Of a stretch of 64,000 bases of DNA, positions 43,410 to 53,670 are shown piece after piece (positions within the stretch are counted from its first letter, which is position 1; each line of letters opens with the position of its first letter). This stretch comes from an uncultured Gemmatimonadaceae bacterium (GTDB lineage: Bacteria; Gemmatimonadota; Gemmatimonadetes; Gemmatimonadales; Gemmatimonadaceae). The notes under the pieces are model-generated. The model saw only the letters and a list, made by a program, of their open reading frames with translations. It was not told where the DNA came from and ran no database searches. The stretch is from contig CAWHHI010000004.1 in NCBI GenBank assembly GCA_963829055.1, forward strand, positions 224,001 to 288,000, written 5' to 3'. The position numbers were made by a program, and so were the translations under genes.

Positions 43410-44264
43410 ATGAGGATTCTCTGCTGTCTCAACGCTGACGTGGTGAGCAACGTCGCGCTGAACCTGCTGCTGCCCGCGCTCGCGCCTCATGAAGTGCACG
43501 TCGCGCTGAGCGCGCGCGTTGGCGGTGGCGCCGATCATCTGGAACCGCCGCCTCGGCGCGAGCTGCGTGTGGCCGAGCAGGGTTTTGCGAACGACGTGCT
43601 GTTCCCGCTCGTGGAACGAGCAGGGTTCGCCGACGACGGACGGTACCTCACGTTCCGCGAGATCGAGCGCTATCGCGGCATCGCCGTCTCTCGACTCCCG
43701 AATCCTAACGATGCGGATGGCCTGACATTCGTTCAGCGGTTCGCACCGGACCTCGTGCTGTCGATTCGCTACGGCGGCATATTCAAGTCGGCCGTGATCG
43801 CGGTGCCGCGCCTTGGCGTGCTCAACCTCCACGCAGGGCTTCTCCCCGCCTACCGCGGCGTGATCGCGACGTTTCGTGCGCTCATGGCCGAAGATGAGGA
43901 GATTGGATGCACGCTCCACTACATCGCCGACGGGACCATCGACACCGGCCCCGTGGTTGGGCAGGCACGGGTAGCTGTCGATCGTGCGCGGTCGCTCTAC
44001 TGGCACGTGCTGTCGTTGTACCCGCCGGGTATCGCGATGATGGCGGATGCGCTGCGGCGGATCGCCGTCGGCGAAACGTTAGGCGTGGCGGCGCAGACCG
44101 GCGGCGCGTACTACTCGTACCCGAGCGCTGACGAGTGGAGCGAGTTCCTGCGACGAGGGTGGAGGGTCACCGATCCCAGTGACCTCCACGCGCTGATGCT
44201 CAGGTATCTCCCGCCTGCGGCAGCCGCCGCCGGTCCCCCCGAAGCACTCTCCGCTCATGCCTAA
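43410..44264 (+). CDS. Formyltransferase-family protein (Fmt-like N-terminal domain)
   Basis: PDLVLSIRY...LNLHAGLLPAYRG...GCTLHYIADGTIDTG. Confidence 0.85.
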   Translation: MRILCCLNADVVSNVALNLLLPALAPHEVHVALSARVGGGADHLEPPPRRELRVAEQGFANDVLFPLVERAGFADDGRYLTFREIERYRGIAVSRLPNPNDADGLTFVQRFAPDLVLSIRYGGIFKSAVIAVPRLGVLNLHAGLLPAYRGVIATFRALMAEDEEIGCTLHYIADGTIDTGPVVGQARVAVDRARSLYWHVLSLYPPGIAMMADALRRIAVGETLGVAAQTGGAYYSYPSADEWSEFLRRGWRVTDPSDLHALMLRYLPPAAAAAGPPEALSAHA

Positions 44265-45985
44265 CGCGTCGTCGGTTCGAGGCTCACCGTGTACCGTGGT
44301 TCGCCCGGCTGGATTGCGACTTCTCGCCATTGCAGCCGCGATCGGATCGCTCAGCACTGGAACGGCGACCATGACGCGTGCGATGCCGCAGACGTCCGCT
44401 CAGCAGGCGTCGGAGCCGACCGCGGCGGTTGCGATCATCCCTCGACCGGAGAGCCTGACAATCGGGCGGGGGCGCTTCAAGCTCTCGGCCGCTACGGTGA
44501 TCTACGCTGACGCCGCAACGGCGGACATCGCGCGGCGATTTGCGGCGTCGATCGCTCCCGCGACGGGGCTGTCGATCCCCGTTCGCGTTGGTACGACGCC
44601 CGGCGCCACCGGCATTGTCGTCTCGCGCAACGCACGCCTGACGCGACTCGGCGACGAAGGCTACGAAGTCACGGCGACAACGCGCCTGCTCACGATTCGC
44701 GCGCGCGAACGCGCCGGCGTTTTCTACGGACTTCAGACCGTGCGGCAGATGCTCCCGCCAGAAATTTTCCGCGAGGCGCGCGTGGATAGCGTCTCGTGGA
44801 GCATTCCGGCCGTCCGGATCACGGATCGCCCGCGGTTCACGTGGCGCGGCGCCCACCTCGATGTCGGCCGGCACTTCATGCCGAAGGAGTTCGTGAAGAA
44901 GTACATCGACCTCCTCGCGCTCCAGAAGATGAACCGCTTCCACTGGCATCTCACGGAGGATCAGGGCTGGCGCATCGAGATCCTCAAGTATCCGCGCCTA
45001 ACGCAGGTCGGTGCCTGGCGGACGCAGACGGTCGTGGGACATCAGCAGAGTGGCGACTCGACGGCGTGGCAGTACGACGGGCAGAAGCACGGCGGCTTCT
45101 ACACGCAGGACGATGTGCGGGAGATCGTCGCGTACGCGCGCGACCGCTTCGTGACCGTCGTGCCGGAGATCGAGATGCCCGGGCACGCGCTCGCGGCCAT
45201 CGCCGCGTATCCGCAGCTCGGGGTGACGGGCACGTCGGCAGATGTCGGAATGCGATGGGGCGTGTACGCGAACATCCTCAATGCCGACGAATCCACCGTC
45301 ACGTTCATGCAGGACGTGCTCACGGAAGTCATGGCGCTGTTTCCCGGACCATTCATTCACATCGGCGGCGACGAGGCCGACAAGGCGCTCTGGAAAACAA
45401 CCCCGCGGATTCAGGATCGCATTCGCGAGCTCGGGCTCAAGGACGAGCACGAGCTGCAGAGCTGGTTCATCCGCCGTATGGATGCGTTTCTCGCCCAGCA
45501 TGGACGCCGACTCGTCGGGTGGGACGAGATTCTCGAGGGTGGTCTCGCGGAGGGCGCGACGGTGATGTCGTGGCGCGGGACCAAAGGCGGCATCGACGCG
45601 GCGCGCGCTGGCCACGATGTCGTGATGGCTCCAACGGGCAATACGTACCTCGATTACTACCAATCCCGCAACACGACGGGCGAGCCACTCGCGATAGGCG
45701 GCTTCCTGCCGCTCGAGACGGTGTACGCGTTCGAGCCCGTGCCGGCCGACCTCGAGCCGCAGTTTCGCGCTCACATCCTCGGTGCCCAGGGCCAGCTGTG
45801 GACGGAGTACATGCCGGGGCCGAAGCAGGTGGAGTACATGGCGTTCCCGCGCCTAACGGCACTGGCGGAAGTGCTGTGGACTGTGCCGGAGCGGAAGGAC
45901 TACGGCGACTTCCTCACGCGGTTGGACGAGCATCTGCGGACGGCTCGCGATGCTCGACGTGGCGTATCGACCTGTTGGGCCATAG
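44257..45985 (+). CDS. Beta-N-acetylhexosaminidase (GH20); frameshift close to the C-terminus
   Basis: DRPRFTWRGAHLDVGRHF, HWHLTEDQGWR, PEIEMPGH, HIGGDE, LWTEY, AFPRLTALAEVLW. Confidence 0.93.
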
Positions 45986-46060
45986 AGGCTGAGGAAGGAG
46001 GCCTGAGGAAGGAGGCCAGGCAACGCCGTGATCCGCGGCCGCGTACGAGAAGTCAGTGGT

Positions 46061-46093
46061 TCCCAGTCCCCAGTCCCTAGTCCCCAGTCCCCA
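46061..46093 (+). repeat. Heptamer tandem repeat (CCCAGTC), STRR1-like
   Basis: CCCAGTC CCCAGTC CCTAGTC CCCAGTC CCCA directly before ATG 46094. Confidence 0.8.
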
Positions 46094-47668
46094 ATGCACA
46101 CACTTCGTCATTCGTTCATCGCCCTCGCGTTGCTCGCTGCGCCGCTTGCCGCGCAGGAAAAGATCGACGCCGACGCCCTCAACCGGATCAAGACCGAAGA
46201 GCAGAATCGCTCGCAGGTCATGGAGATCGCCAGCTGGCTCACCGACGTCTACGGCGCGCGGCTCACCGGGTCGCCGAGCGCGAAGGCGGCCGGCGACTGG
46301 ACGGTGAAAAAGCTGAACGACTGGGGAATGGCGAACGCCAAGATGGAATCCTGGGGCCCGTTCGGACGTGGCTGGTCGAACGAGCGTATGGTCGCGCAGG
46401 TCGTCTCCCCGCGGCCGTTCCCCATCATCGCGTACCCGGCAGCGTGGACGCCGGGAACGAATGGCCCCGTGAAAGCGGAAGTCACCCTGATGAAGGCGGA
46501 CAGCGCGCCGGATCTCGAGAAGTACCGAGGGAAGCTTCGCGGCAAGATCGTGTTCACCCAGGCGCCGCGCGATTCGGTCCCGCCGCATTTCACCGCGGAC
46601 GCCTCGCGCCTCGCGGACTCGTCGCTCTCGAAGATGGCGGAAGTGCCGTTCACCGCTGACCCGCCGCGTGCCCAGGGTGGTCCGGGAGGGCCAAACGCCG
46701 GCAACAATCCGCAGGCGAATCGCTTCCAGGCGGCGCGCGCTTTTCAGCAGGCGCTCTCCTCGTTCCTCGTGGATGAAGGTGTGGTCGCCGTCGTCACACC
46801 CGGTCGCGGCGATGACGGGACGGTCTTCAGCGGTGCGAGCGGCTCACGCGATCCGAGCAACCCGACCAAGGTGCCGGGGCTGATCTTCTCGACCGAGCAC
46901 TATGGACGCATCGCGCGCATGGTCGAGAAGGGCGTACCGGTGACGGTGGAGCTCGACGTGAAGAACACGTTCTACGACGACAACCAGAACTCCTTCAACA
47001 TCGTCGCCGAGATCCCCGGGACCGATCCGAAGTTGAAGGACGAAGTCGTCATGCTCGGCGCCCACTTCGATTCGTGGCACACTGGCACTGGCGCGACGGA
47101 CAACGCGGCCGGATCAGCGGTGATGCTGGAAGCGCTTCGCCTGATCAAGGCGACGGGGCTCAAACCACGCCGCACGATTCGCATCGGTCTCTGGACCGGT
47201 GAGGAAGAAGGGCTCCTCGGTTCCCGCGCGTACGTGAAGGAGCACTTCGGCGATCCGCAGACGATGCAGCTCAAGCAGCCGGTGCACGAACGCTTTGCCG
47301 GCTACTTCAACGTCGACAACGGCACCGGCGCCATTCGTGGCGTCTACCTGCAGAAGAACGAGGCGGTCGCGCCGATCTTCAAGTCGTGGATGGCGGCGTT
47401 CAATGATCCGCGTCTCAAGACGGTCACCGCGAGCAACACGGGCGGCACGGACCACCTGTCATTCGATGCCGTCGGCCTTCCGGGCTTCCAGTTCATTCAG
47501 GATCCGGTCGACTACGGCTCGCGGACGCACCACTCGAACATGGATCTCTACGAGCGCCTGATCCCGGACGACATGAAGCACAACGCGGCGGTGGTGGCGG
47601 CGTTCGTGTATCTCACGGCGAATCGCGATCAGAAGCTGCCGCGCAAGGCGGCGCCGACGGTGCAATAG
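46094..47668 (+). CDS. M28-family (carboxypeptidase Q-like) secreted metallopeptidase
   Basis: Signal peptide; GAHFDSW, GATDNAAG, GEEEGLLGS, GGTDHLSF, THHSNMD. Confidence 0.92.
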   Translation: MHTLRHSFIALALLAAPLAAQEKIDADALNRIKTEEQNRSQVMEIASWLTDVYGARLTGSPSAKAAGDWTVKKLNDWGMANAKMESWGPFGRGWSNERMVAQVVSPRPFPIIAYPAAWTPGTNGPVKAEVTLMKADSAPDLEKYRGKLRGKIVFTQAPRDSVPPHFTADASRLADSSLSKMAEVPFTADPPRAQGGPGGPNAGNNPQANRFQAARAFQQALSSFLVDEGVVAVVTPGRGDDGTVFSGASGSRDPSNPTKVPGLIFSTEHYGRIARMVEKGVPVTVELDVKNTFYDDNQNSFNIVAEIPGTDPKLKDEVVMLGAHFDSWHTGTGATDNAAGSAVMLEALRLIKATGLKPRRTIRIGLWTGEEEGLLGSRAYVKEHFGDPQTMQLKQPVHERFAGYFNVDNGTGAIRGVYLQKNEAVAPIFKSWMAAFNDPRLKTVTASNTGGTDHLSFDAVGLPGFQFIQDPVDYGSRTHHSNMDLYERLIPDDMKHNAAVVAAFVYLTANRDQKLPRKAAPTVQ

Positions 47669-47696
47669 CGAGGCGGACGGCGGACGGCGGAAGACC

Positions 47697-47798
47697 TGTC
47701 ATCCCGAGGAGTGAAACGACGAGGGACCTTCTGAACAACCGTGGCCAGATCAGCTACGATGGCTTCACAGAGGGTCCCTCGCTGGCGCTCGGGATGAC
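47697..47798. repeat. REP/MITE-like element (TGTCATYCCGAG family) nested within inverted GGACGGC/GCCGTCC heptamer arms (47670-47835)
   Basis: TGTCATCCCGAG...GAGGGACC...GGTCCCTC...CTCGGGATGAC, between convergent genes. Confidence 0.8.
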
Positions 47799-47840
47799 CA
47801 ACACCTCTCACCGCCCTCCGCCGTCCGCCCTCCGGCCCGG

Positions 47841-48155
47841 CTATTCGTAGTACGCCTTGATACACGCGGTAACCAGCTCGTCGAGACGACGATGCCCTGA
47901 GCCGCTGGAATGTGGGGTGTTCGCGGTCCCGCCGACGTCGAACCACGTCGCCTTGAGCGCCACGAGTAACTCCTCCGCGCGAACGCCGCGCTCGCGCGCC
48001 TCGATCGCGGCAGCACGCAGCGCGTCGCCAAGCGCCGCGCCATCGGAACCCTTCCCATGCACCCAGTGCTCCAGTGTCTCGCGGAGCCGCGCTACTGCTT
48101 CCGGCGAGAGCGAAGCCATTGGTGACTGATCCTTGGTCGATTCGTTCAAACTCAT
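47841..48155 (-). CDS. Small hypothetical protein
   Basis: Helical ORF ...EARERGVRAEELLVALKATW...LDELVTACIKAYYE with plausible codon usage. Confidence 0.6.
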   Translation of the reverse strand: MSLNESTKDQSPMASLSPEAVARLRETLEHWVHGKGSDGAALGDALRAAAIEARERGVRAEELLVALKATWFDVGGTANTPHSSGSGHRRLDELVTACIKAYYE

Positions 48156-48545
48156 TGCACCTGAAACCGCCGCACCGCGGATGGGGGTCATGGGATCGGC
48201 GACCGACCCGGACAGCGGCCAGCGCTGTCGGTCAGCCGCAAACATATGACGCTCAATCCTGCGACTCCGCGCTCCCCGCGTCAAGCCATCCCGGGTTGCA
48301 ACCCAATCGATGTCTGGTGGCGTAGCCGAAGCGTGATCGCTGGCGCCAGGCCGCTGCCGGACTCAGGGGCGCGCGTTGGCCGAACGGTCGCCTCGGCCGA
48401 TCGAGCCTAACGAGAAACCGCTCGGGAACATCGGACCGACGTCATTCCGGATCCCCTCGGCCACACGATCGGCGAGCGCCATGATCGTGAGGTACATGCC
48501 GCTTGAGTCCTCGCGATCGACCGTCTGAACTCGCGTGACAAGCTA

Positions 48546-49010
48546 CTACTGCTCGGCTCCGGAGCGCGCTGCCTCTTCCGCGTGGCGTTTGATCCGCCCG
48601 AGCATCGCATTCAAGCCCACTTCGCGCGTACCGAGTCCGAGACTGTCCATGATGGTGCGAACGAAGTCCTCAGGGATCGCGAGCGTCGTCTCGGGCGGCT
48701 CGTCGTTGATCGCGCTGAACAGGATGCTGAGGAACGCCGCGATCGTCGGTGACTGACGCGTGTTGACGTCCGCATAGAAGTGCAGTTTCCCGTCGTGATA
48801 CTCCGGGAAAAGATCGACGCGCGTCTGGCACTCGGGCACCGTGAACGCACCGCGGTCGAGCGCCAGGAATCGCTCCGGGACCGGCTCGAGCTTCTTCGCG
48901 TACTGCACGAGCGCCTGCATTTTCTCCTCCCGTCCCAGCGCGCGAAATCGGCGCAGGACGCGCTCGATGGATGGCGGGATCGTTGGCTGCTGCGTGGAAT
49001 CGGGAGTCAC
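48546..49010 (-). CDS. sufE: SufE-family sulfur-acceptor protein
   Basis: VPECQTRVDL (catalytic Cys), LHFYAD, LGLGTREVGLNAML. Confidence 0.75.
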   Translation of the reverse strand: MTPDSTQQPTIPPSIERVLRRFRALGREEKMQALVQYAKKLEPVPERFLALDRGAFTVPECQTRVDLFPEYHDGKLHFYADVNTRQSPTIAAFLSILFSAINDEPPETTLAIPEDFVRTIMDSLGLGTREVGLNAMLGRIKRHAEEAARSGAEQ

Positions 49011-49054
49011 GCCAAAAAGAATAAACGACGATACGGTTGCACGTTGTGCCGCAC

Positions 49055-49084
49055 TTGACGCCGCTAATTAATCGTTTAATTAAT
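49055..49084 (+). promoter_or_regulatory. Sigma70-like promoter with an overlapping TetR operator
   Basis: TTGACG (49055-49060), then the palindrome TAATTAA-TCGT-TTAATTA (49065-49082), 7 nt before the tetR GTG. Confidence 0.65.
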
Positions 49085-49089
49085 ACAGC

Positions 49090-49728
49090 GTGACCGCACC
49101 GACACAGACCTCCGACCTCATCCTCGATGCCGCCGAGCGGTTGTTCGCTCGGCAGGGATTCACGGCGACGACCATCAAGCAGATCGGCAAAGAGGCCAAC
49201 GTGAATCCCGCACTCCTTTACTACTACTACGACAGCAAGGAGACGCTCTACCGGGCGATGCTCCAGCGCATACTCGGCCAGCTGCTGGCGCGCGGGACGG
49301 ACGCCATGCAGCGGGCCACCTCCCACGCCGAACGCATTCGCGCCTTCGTACGCGCTCAGGTGAAGCTCCTCGCCGAGCACCCGCACTTTCCGCAGCTGTT
49401 CGTCCGCGAGATGATCGACCACCAGGCCGCACACGCCGAACAAGCGTTCACCGGCACAGCCGCCGCGGCGTTCAAAGGACTGTGTGAGGTCATCGAGGCG
49501 GGGCAGCGGGACGGCGTATTTCGCCGTTCGCTCGACCCGAGGTTCGCGGCCATCTCGACCATCGCGCAGATCGCGTACTTCGTCATCGCGCGGCCTGCCG
49601 TCGGATTGCTGCTGGGCCACGGCACGGACGGTCCTCCGCCAGAATTATCGGAGTTGTTCTTCGCCCATGCCGAGGCGTTCGCGCTCGATGCTCTTCTGGT
49701 GGATCGCGCGGAGGACGCACTCTCATGA
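49090..49728 (+). CDS. TetR/AcrR-family regulator
   Basis: ILDAAERLFARQGFTATTIKQIGKEANVNPALLYYYYDSKETLY. Confidence 0.93.
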   Translation: MTAPTQTSDLILDAAERLFARQGFTATTIKQIGKEANVNPALLYYYYDSKETLYRAMLQRILGQLLARGTDAMQRATSHAERIRAFVRAQVKLLAEHPHFPQLFVREMIDHQAAHAEQAFTGTAAAAFKGLCEVIEAGQRDGVFRRSLDPRFAAISTIAQIAYFVIARPAVGLLLGHGTDGPPPELSELFFAHAEAFALDALLVDRAEDALS

Positions 49729-50750
49729 CGCCCACCTCGGCGCTCCAGCGCTCGCTGGCGCGGCTGCCTGCGTTAGGCGCAATCATCGGTGCGACGATGC
49801 TGGCAACGGTGATTGCGTGCTCGCGCAAGGCGACGAACCAGCTGACCGCCGATGGCACGATCGAGCTGACGCAGGTGGACGTCGCGCCATTCGTGTCGGG
49901 CCGCGTGGTAGCCGTGCGCGTAGACGAAGGCGGCAGCGTTCATCGCGGGGATACGCTCGTCATCCTCGCGCAGTCCGCGTTACCGGCGGACATCGACCAG
50001 CGCCGCTCGCGCGTCGTGTCGGCTGAAGCTCGACTGCGTGACCTGCAGGCCGGGGCACGTCCCGCCGAGGTGGAGCGGGCCGAAGCCGATCTCCGGTCAG
50101 CGACCGCGGAAGCCGACCGCGCGGAGCGGGAGCGAGCGCGCCTGGAACCGCTCGTGGCCGCGGCGACGATCAGTCGATCGCAATACGATGCGGCGGTGAC
50201 GGCGGCGCGAGCGGCGGCGGCGCGTCGCGATGCGGCGGCCGAGGCGGTGCACCTGCTTCGTCAGGGTGCGCGGCCCGCGCAGCTAGCGGGTGCGCAGGCC
50301 GAAGTCGAGACTGCGCGCGGGGCACTGGCCGCGGGGCGAGCGACCGAGGGTGACCTCGTGCTCACCGCACCGCTGGATGCAACGGTGCTCGGCCGGTACG
50401 TGGAGCCGGGTGAGATCGTCGGCGCGGGACAGGTCGCCATCACGTTAGGTGACACCAGGCGGCCATGGGTTCGCGTGTACCTGTCCGCGCCGGCAGTGCC
50501 GTTCGTGAGAGTGGGACAGGCGGCTCGCGTGACGGTGCAGGGGCTCGGCGATCGCTTCGCACCGGCGCGCGTCGCGACGGTGGCGACGCAGGCCGAGTTC
50601 ACCCCGCGCGTCGCGCTCACGGACAAGGAGCGTGCGGATCTGCTGTTCGGCGTGAAGCTCGACATCCAGGATACGACTGGCACATTCAAGCCCGGGCTGC
50701 CTGCCACCGTCACGATAGACACCTCGTCTGCCGGACGGCGCGCGCCATGA
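49725..50750 (+). CDS. HlyD-family periplasmic adaptor (YbhG-like)
   Basis: GTIELTQVDVAP...GRVVAVRVDEG; coiled coil; AEFTPR...FKPGLPATV. Confidence 0.9.
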   Translation: MTPTSALQRSLARLPALGAIIGATMLATVIACSRKATNQLTADGTIELTQVDVAPFVSGRVVAVRVDEGGSVHRGDTLVILAQSALPADIDQRRSRVVSAEARLRDLQAGARPAEVERAEADLRSATAEADRAERERARLEPLVAAATISRSQYDAAVTAARAAAARRDAAAEAVHLLRQGARPAQLAGAQAEVETARGALAAGRATEGDLVLTAPLDATVLGRYVEPGEIVGAGQVAITLGDTRRPWVRVYLSAPAVPFVRVGQAARVTVQGLGDRFAPARVATVATQAEFTPRVALTDKERADLLFGVKLDIQDTTGTFKPGLPATVTIDTSSAGRRAP

Positions 50751-51592
50751 CCGAACCTCATGGCGTCGCGATGCTGGAGTCCTCCGACGGCGCTGGCGGG
50801 CCGGCGGTCCAGACGGAACGCCTCCGCAAGACGTTCGGCGCGCTCGTGGCCGTCGACGCGCTCGACCTGACGATTCACCGCGGCGAGGTGTTCGGGCTGC
50901 TCGGGCCTAACGGGTCCGGCAAGACGACGACGATTCGCATGCTGTGTGGCCTCATGGCGCCGACGTCCGGGCGCGCCCAGGTTGCCGGCATCGACGTCGC
51001 GGAAGATCCGGAAGGCGTTAGGCACCGGATCGGCTACATGTCGCAGAAGTTCGGGTTGTACGACGACCTCACGGTGCAGGAGAACCTCCGGTTCTACGCG
51101 TCGGTGTACGGTCTTCGTGGCGCGGAACGCGTGGCGCGCGTGAAGGAGCAGCTCCACGACCTTGGTCTGGAGGAGCGACAGCATCAGCTCGCGGGCACGT
51201 TGAGCGGCGGCTGGAAGCAACGACTCGCGCTCGCGTCGGCTACATCGCACAAGCCGGAGGTGCTGTTCCTCGACGAGCCCACCGCGGGCGTCGATCCGGC
51301 GTCGCGACGGTTGTTCTGGGACTGGATCTACGCGCTCGCGAAGTCGGGCACGACGATTCTCGTGACGACGCACTATATGGACGAGGCGGCGCGTTGCAGT
51401 CGTCTCGCGTTCCTCTCACGGGGCCACCTGATTGCCGTGGGCACTCAGGAGGAGATCACGCGACACTTCGGAACGGAGACGGTCGAGGACGCGTTCATCG
51501 AGCTGCAGCGGCGGGACGAAACGCCGGAGGGCGGCAAACGTCCGGACGGCGGAAGGCGGCCCGCGGAAGGCGGAGGGAGCAATCGTGCCTAA
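50747..51592 (+). CDS. ABC transporter ATP-binding protein (YbhF-like)
   Basis: GPNGSGKT, GYMSQKF, LSGGWKQR, LFLDEPT, TTHYMDEA. Confidence 0.95.
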   Translation: MTEPHGVAMLESSDGAGGPAVQTERLRKTFGALVAVDALDLTIHRGEVFGLLGPNGSGKTTTIRMLCGLMAPTSGRAQVAGIDVAEDPEGVRHRIGYMSQKFGLYDDLTVQENLRFYASVYGLRGAERVARVKEQLHDLGLEERQHQLAGTLSGGWKQRLALASATSHKPEVLFLDEPTAGVDPASRRLFWDWIYALAKSGTTILVTTHYMDEAARCSRLAFLSRGHLIAVGTQEEITRHFGTETVEDAFIELQRRDETPEGGKRPDGGRRPAEGGGSNRA

Positions 51593-52757
51593 CGTTCTCC
51601 GCCGTCCGCCATCCGCCATCCGCCGTCCGAGCTTCCGTGAGCGAATTACCCGCAGTACGCTCTGGCCGATGCTGTGGAAGGAATTCGTCCAGATGCGGCG
51701 GGATCGCTTCACGCTCGGGATGATGATCGGCCTGCCCGGAATTCAGCTGCTGCTGTTCGGGTTCGCGATCCGGACCGAGGTGCGGCATCTGCCCACGGTC
51801 GTGCTCGATGAGTCGCGCACGATGGAGAGCCGAGCGTTCGTCGATGCGATCAGGAACACGGGGAACTTCGACATCGTGGGTTCCGTCGGAAGCCGCGAGG
51901 ACATGCGACGCCAGATCGAGCGCGGCACGGCGCGCGCTGCCGTCATCATCCCACCCGACTACGAGGCGGACATCAAGCGGCACCGCACCGCGCAGACGCA
52001 GGTGATCGTCGACGCAGCCGATCCATTGGCGTCGTCCGCGGCCATCGCCGGCGCGACACTCGCGGGACAGGCGCGCTCGGCCGCCCTCGGCGCGCAGAAC
52101 GCGCCGCGTCAGGCACCGATCGACGTGCGGGTGCGTCCGTGGTACAACCCGGGCCTCGAGAGCTCGATCTACATCGTGCCAGGCGTCATCGGCCTGCTGC
52201 TCACGCTCACGCTGCTCATGATCACGGCCATGGCGCTCGTGCGCGAGCGTGAGCGCGGCACGCTGGAGCAGCTCATCGTGACCCCCATATCGAAGACCGG
52301 ACTGATGCTCGGCAAGGTGCTACCGTTCGCGCTCGTGGGCTACGTGCAGGTGACGGTGATCCTGCTGCTCGGTCGCTTCGTGTTCAACGTGCCCATCCGC
52401 GGCAGTCTCGGCTTGCTGTACCTCGTCACCGCACCGTTCATCGTCGCGAGCCTCGCGCTCGGCCTGTTCGTGTCGACGGTCGTGCGGACACAGGTGCAGG
52501 CGATGCAGCTCTCGTTCGTGTTCATCCTGCCGACGGTGCTGTTGTCGGGCTTCATGTTTCCGCGCGAGGCGATGCCGCCGTTCGCGCAGTGGCTCGGGGC
52601 GATCTTCCCGATCACGTACTATCTGCGGGTGTTGCGCGGGATTCTGCTGAAGGGCGTGGGCATGGACGCGTTGTGGCAGGACACGCTCGCGCTCGCCGCG
52701 TTCGCGCTGGTGCTGCTGGCGTTCAGCGTGCGGAGATTCCAGAAGAACATCGAGTAG
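51585..52757 (+). CDS. ABC-2 type permease (YbhR/YbhS-like)
   Basis: KEFVQMRRDR, WYNPGL, RERERGTLEQLIVTP, LSGFMFP. Confidence 0.92.
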   Translation: MPNVLRRPPSAIRRPSFRERITRSTLWPMLWKEFVQMRRDRFTLGMMIGLPGIQLLLFGFAIRTEVRHLPTVVLDESRTMESRAFVDAIRNTGNFDIVGSVGSREDMRRQIERGTARAAVIIPPDYEADIKRHRTAQTQVIVDAADPLASSAAIAGATLAGQARSAALGAQNAPRQAPIDVRVRPWYNPGLESSIYIVPGVIGLLLTLTLLMITAMALVRERERGTLEQLIVTPISKTGLMLGKVLPFALVGYVQVTVILLLGRFVFNVPIRGSLGLLYLVTAPFIVASLALGLFVSTVVRTQVQAMQLSFVFILPTVLLSGFMFPREAMPPFAQWLGAIFPITYYLRVLRGILLKGVGMDALWQDTLALAAFALVLLAFSVRRFQKNIE

Positions 52758-52822
52758 TGCAGACTGCATCGGTCCTCCGCCCCTGGCTACTTTTCACGAA
52801 ACTCGAAACGGAGAATCGACGG

Positions 52823-53338
52823 ATGCCGAACCGAAAGGCGAGCGCGGTGTGGGAAGGTGGGCTCAAGGGTGGCAAGGGTACGTTCAAGGGCAGCAGCGAC
52901 TCGATCAATGGGCAGTACTCGTTCTCGTCACGCTTCGAGGAGGGGACCGGCTCGAATCCGGAAGAGTTGATGGCTGCCGCTCACGCGGCGTGCTTCAGCA
53001 TGGCGCTGAGCGCTCAGCTGGAGGGGAACGGGACGCCACCGAAGCGTGTCGAGACCACGGCCGTGTGCACCGTCGAGAAATCCGGCCCGGGCTTCAAGAT
53101 CACGACGATGAAGCTGACCACACGCGCGACGGTCCCTAACGTGGACGCGGCGAAGTTCCAGGAGCTCGCGTCCGCGGCGGTCGAGGGATGCCCGGTCTCG
53201 CAGGCCCTGAAGGGCAATGTGAACATTGTGCTGGATGCAGCGCTGACCTGCGGCGCGTCGGACGGAGGGAGGAAGGCGCGGTCGCTACGGGGTCGCGAGC
53301 GTCAGTCGAAGGCATCGTGCGGTTCCGCCATTCGCTAG
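52823..53338 (+). CDS. osmC: OsmC-family peroxiredoxin (true stop probably near 53250)
   Basis: AVWEGGLKGGKG...YSFSSRFEEGTGSNPEELMAAAHAACFSMALS...CPVSQAL. Confidence 0.9.
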   Translation: MPNRKASAVWEGGLKGGKGTFKGSSDSINGQYSFSSRFEEGTGSNPEELMAAAHAACFSMALSAQLEGNGTPPKRVETTAVCTVEKSGPGFKITTMKLTTRATVPNVDAAKFQELASAAVEGCPVSQALKGNVNIVLDAALTCGASDGGRKARSLRGRERQSKASCGSAIR

Positions 53339-53670
53339 CCGTCCGTCCTCCGCGCCACGGCAACCCATTGAACAACAGCGTGTACCCAGCCTAACGCCAG
53401 GCCAAAGCGTGGCGTCGAGTGCGCAGCCTGCTGCGCCGCTGCCCTCGACGGTGCAAAGGCGCCGAGAGTGACGAGGACGATCGCCCAGCGCATCCAGCGC
53501 CGTCCGTGAGCTCGAGCGGGAAGGTGCGGGCGAAAAGGACGTGACAGAATCGGCGCGATTGAAAAGGGCAGGGAGCTGATCGACGGTAAATACAACACGG
53601 CGCATCCGACGCGGGACAACCGGCCATGCACGTCACATCAGACTCACTCACGCCCGGCCGGCGCTCGGCG

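Noticed and set aside
48160..48540. Possible riboswitch or sRNA between the hypothetical gene and sufE
   Set aside because: Only short GC stems of the kind expected by chance; no known consensus seen.
53335..53631. Small minus-strand ORF with a signal-like stretch
   Set aside because: No recognisable family and the start is unclear, so it cannot be supported.
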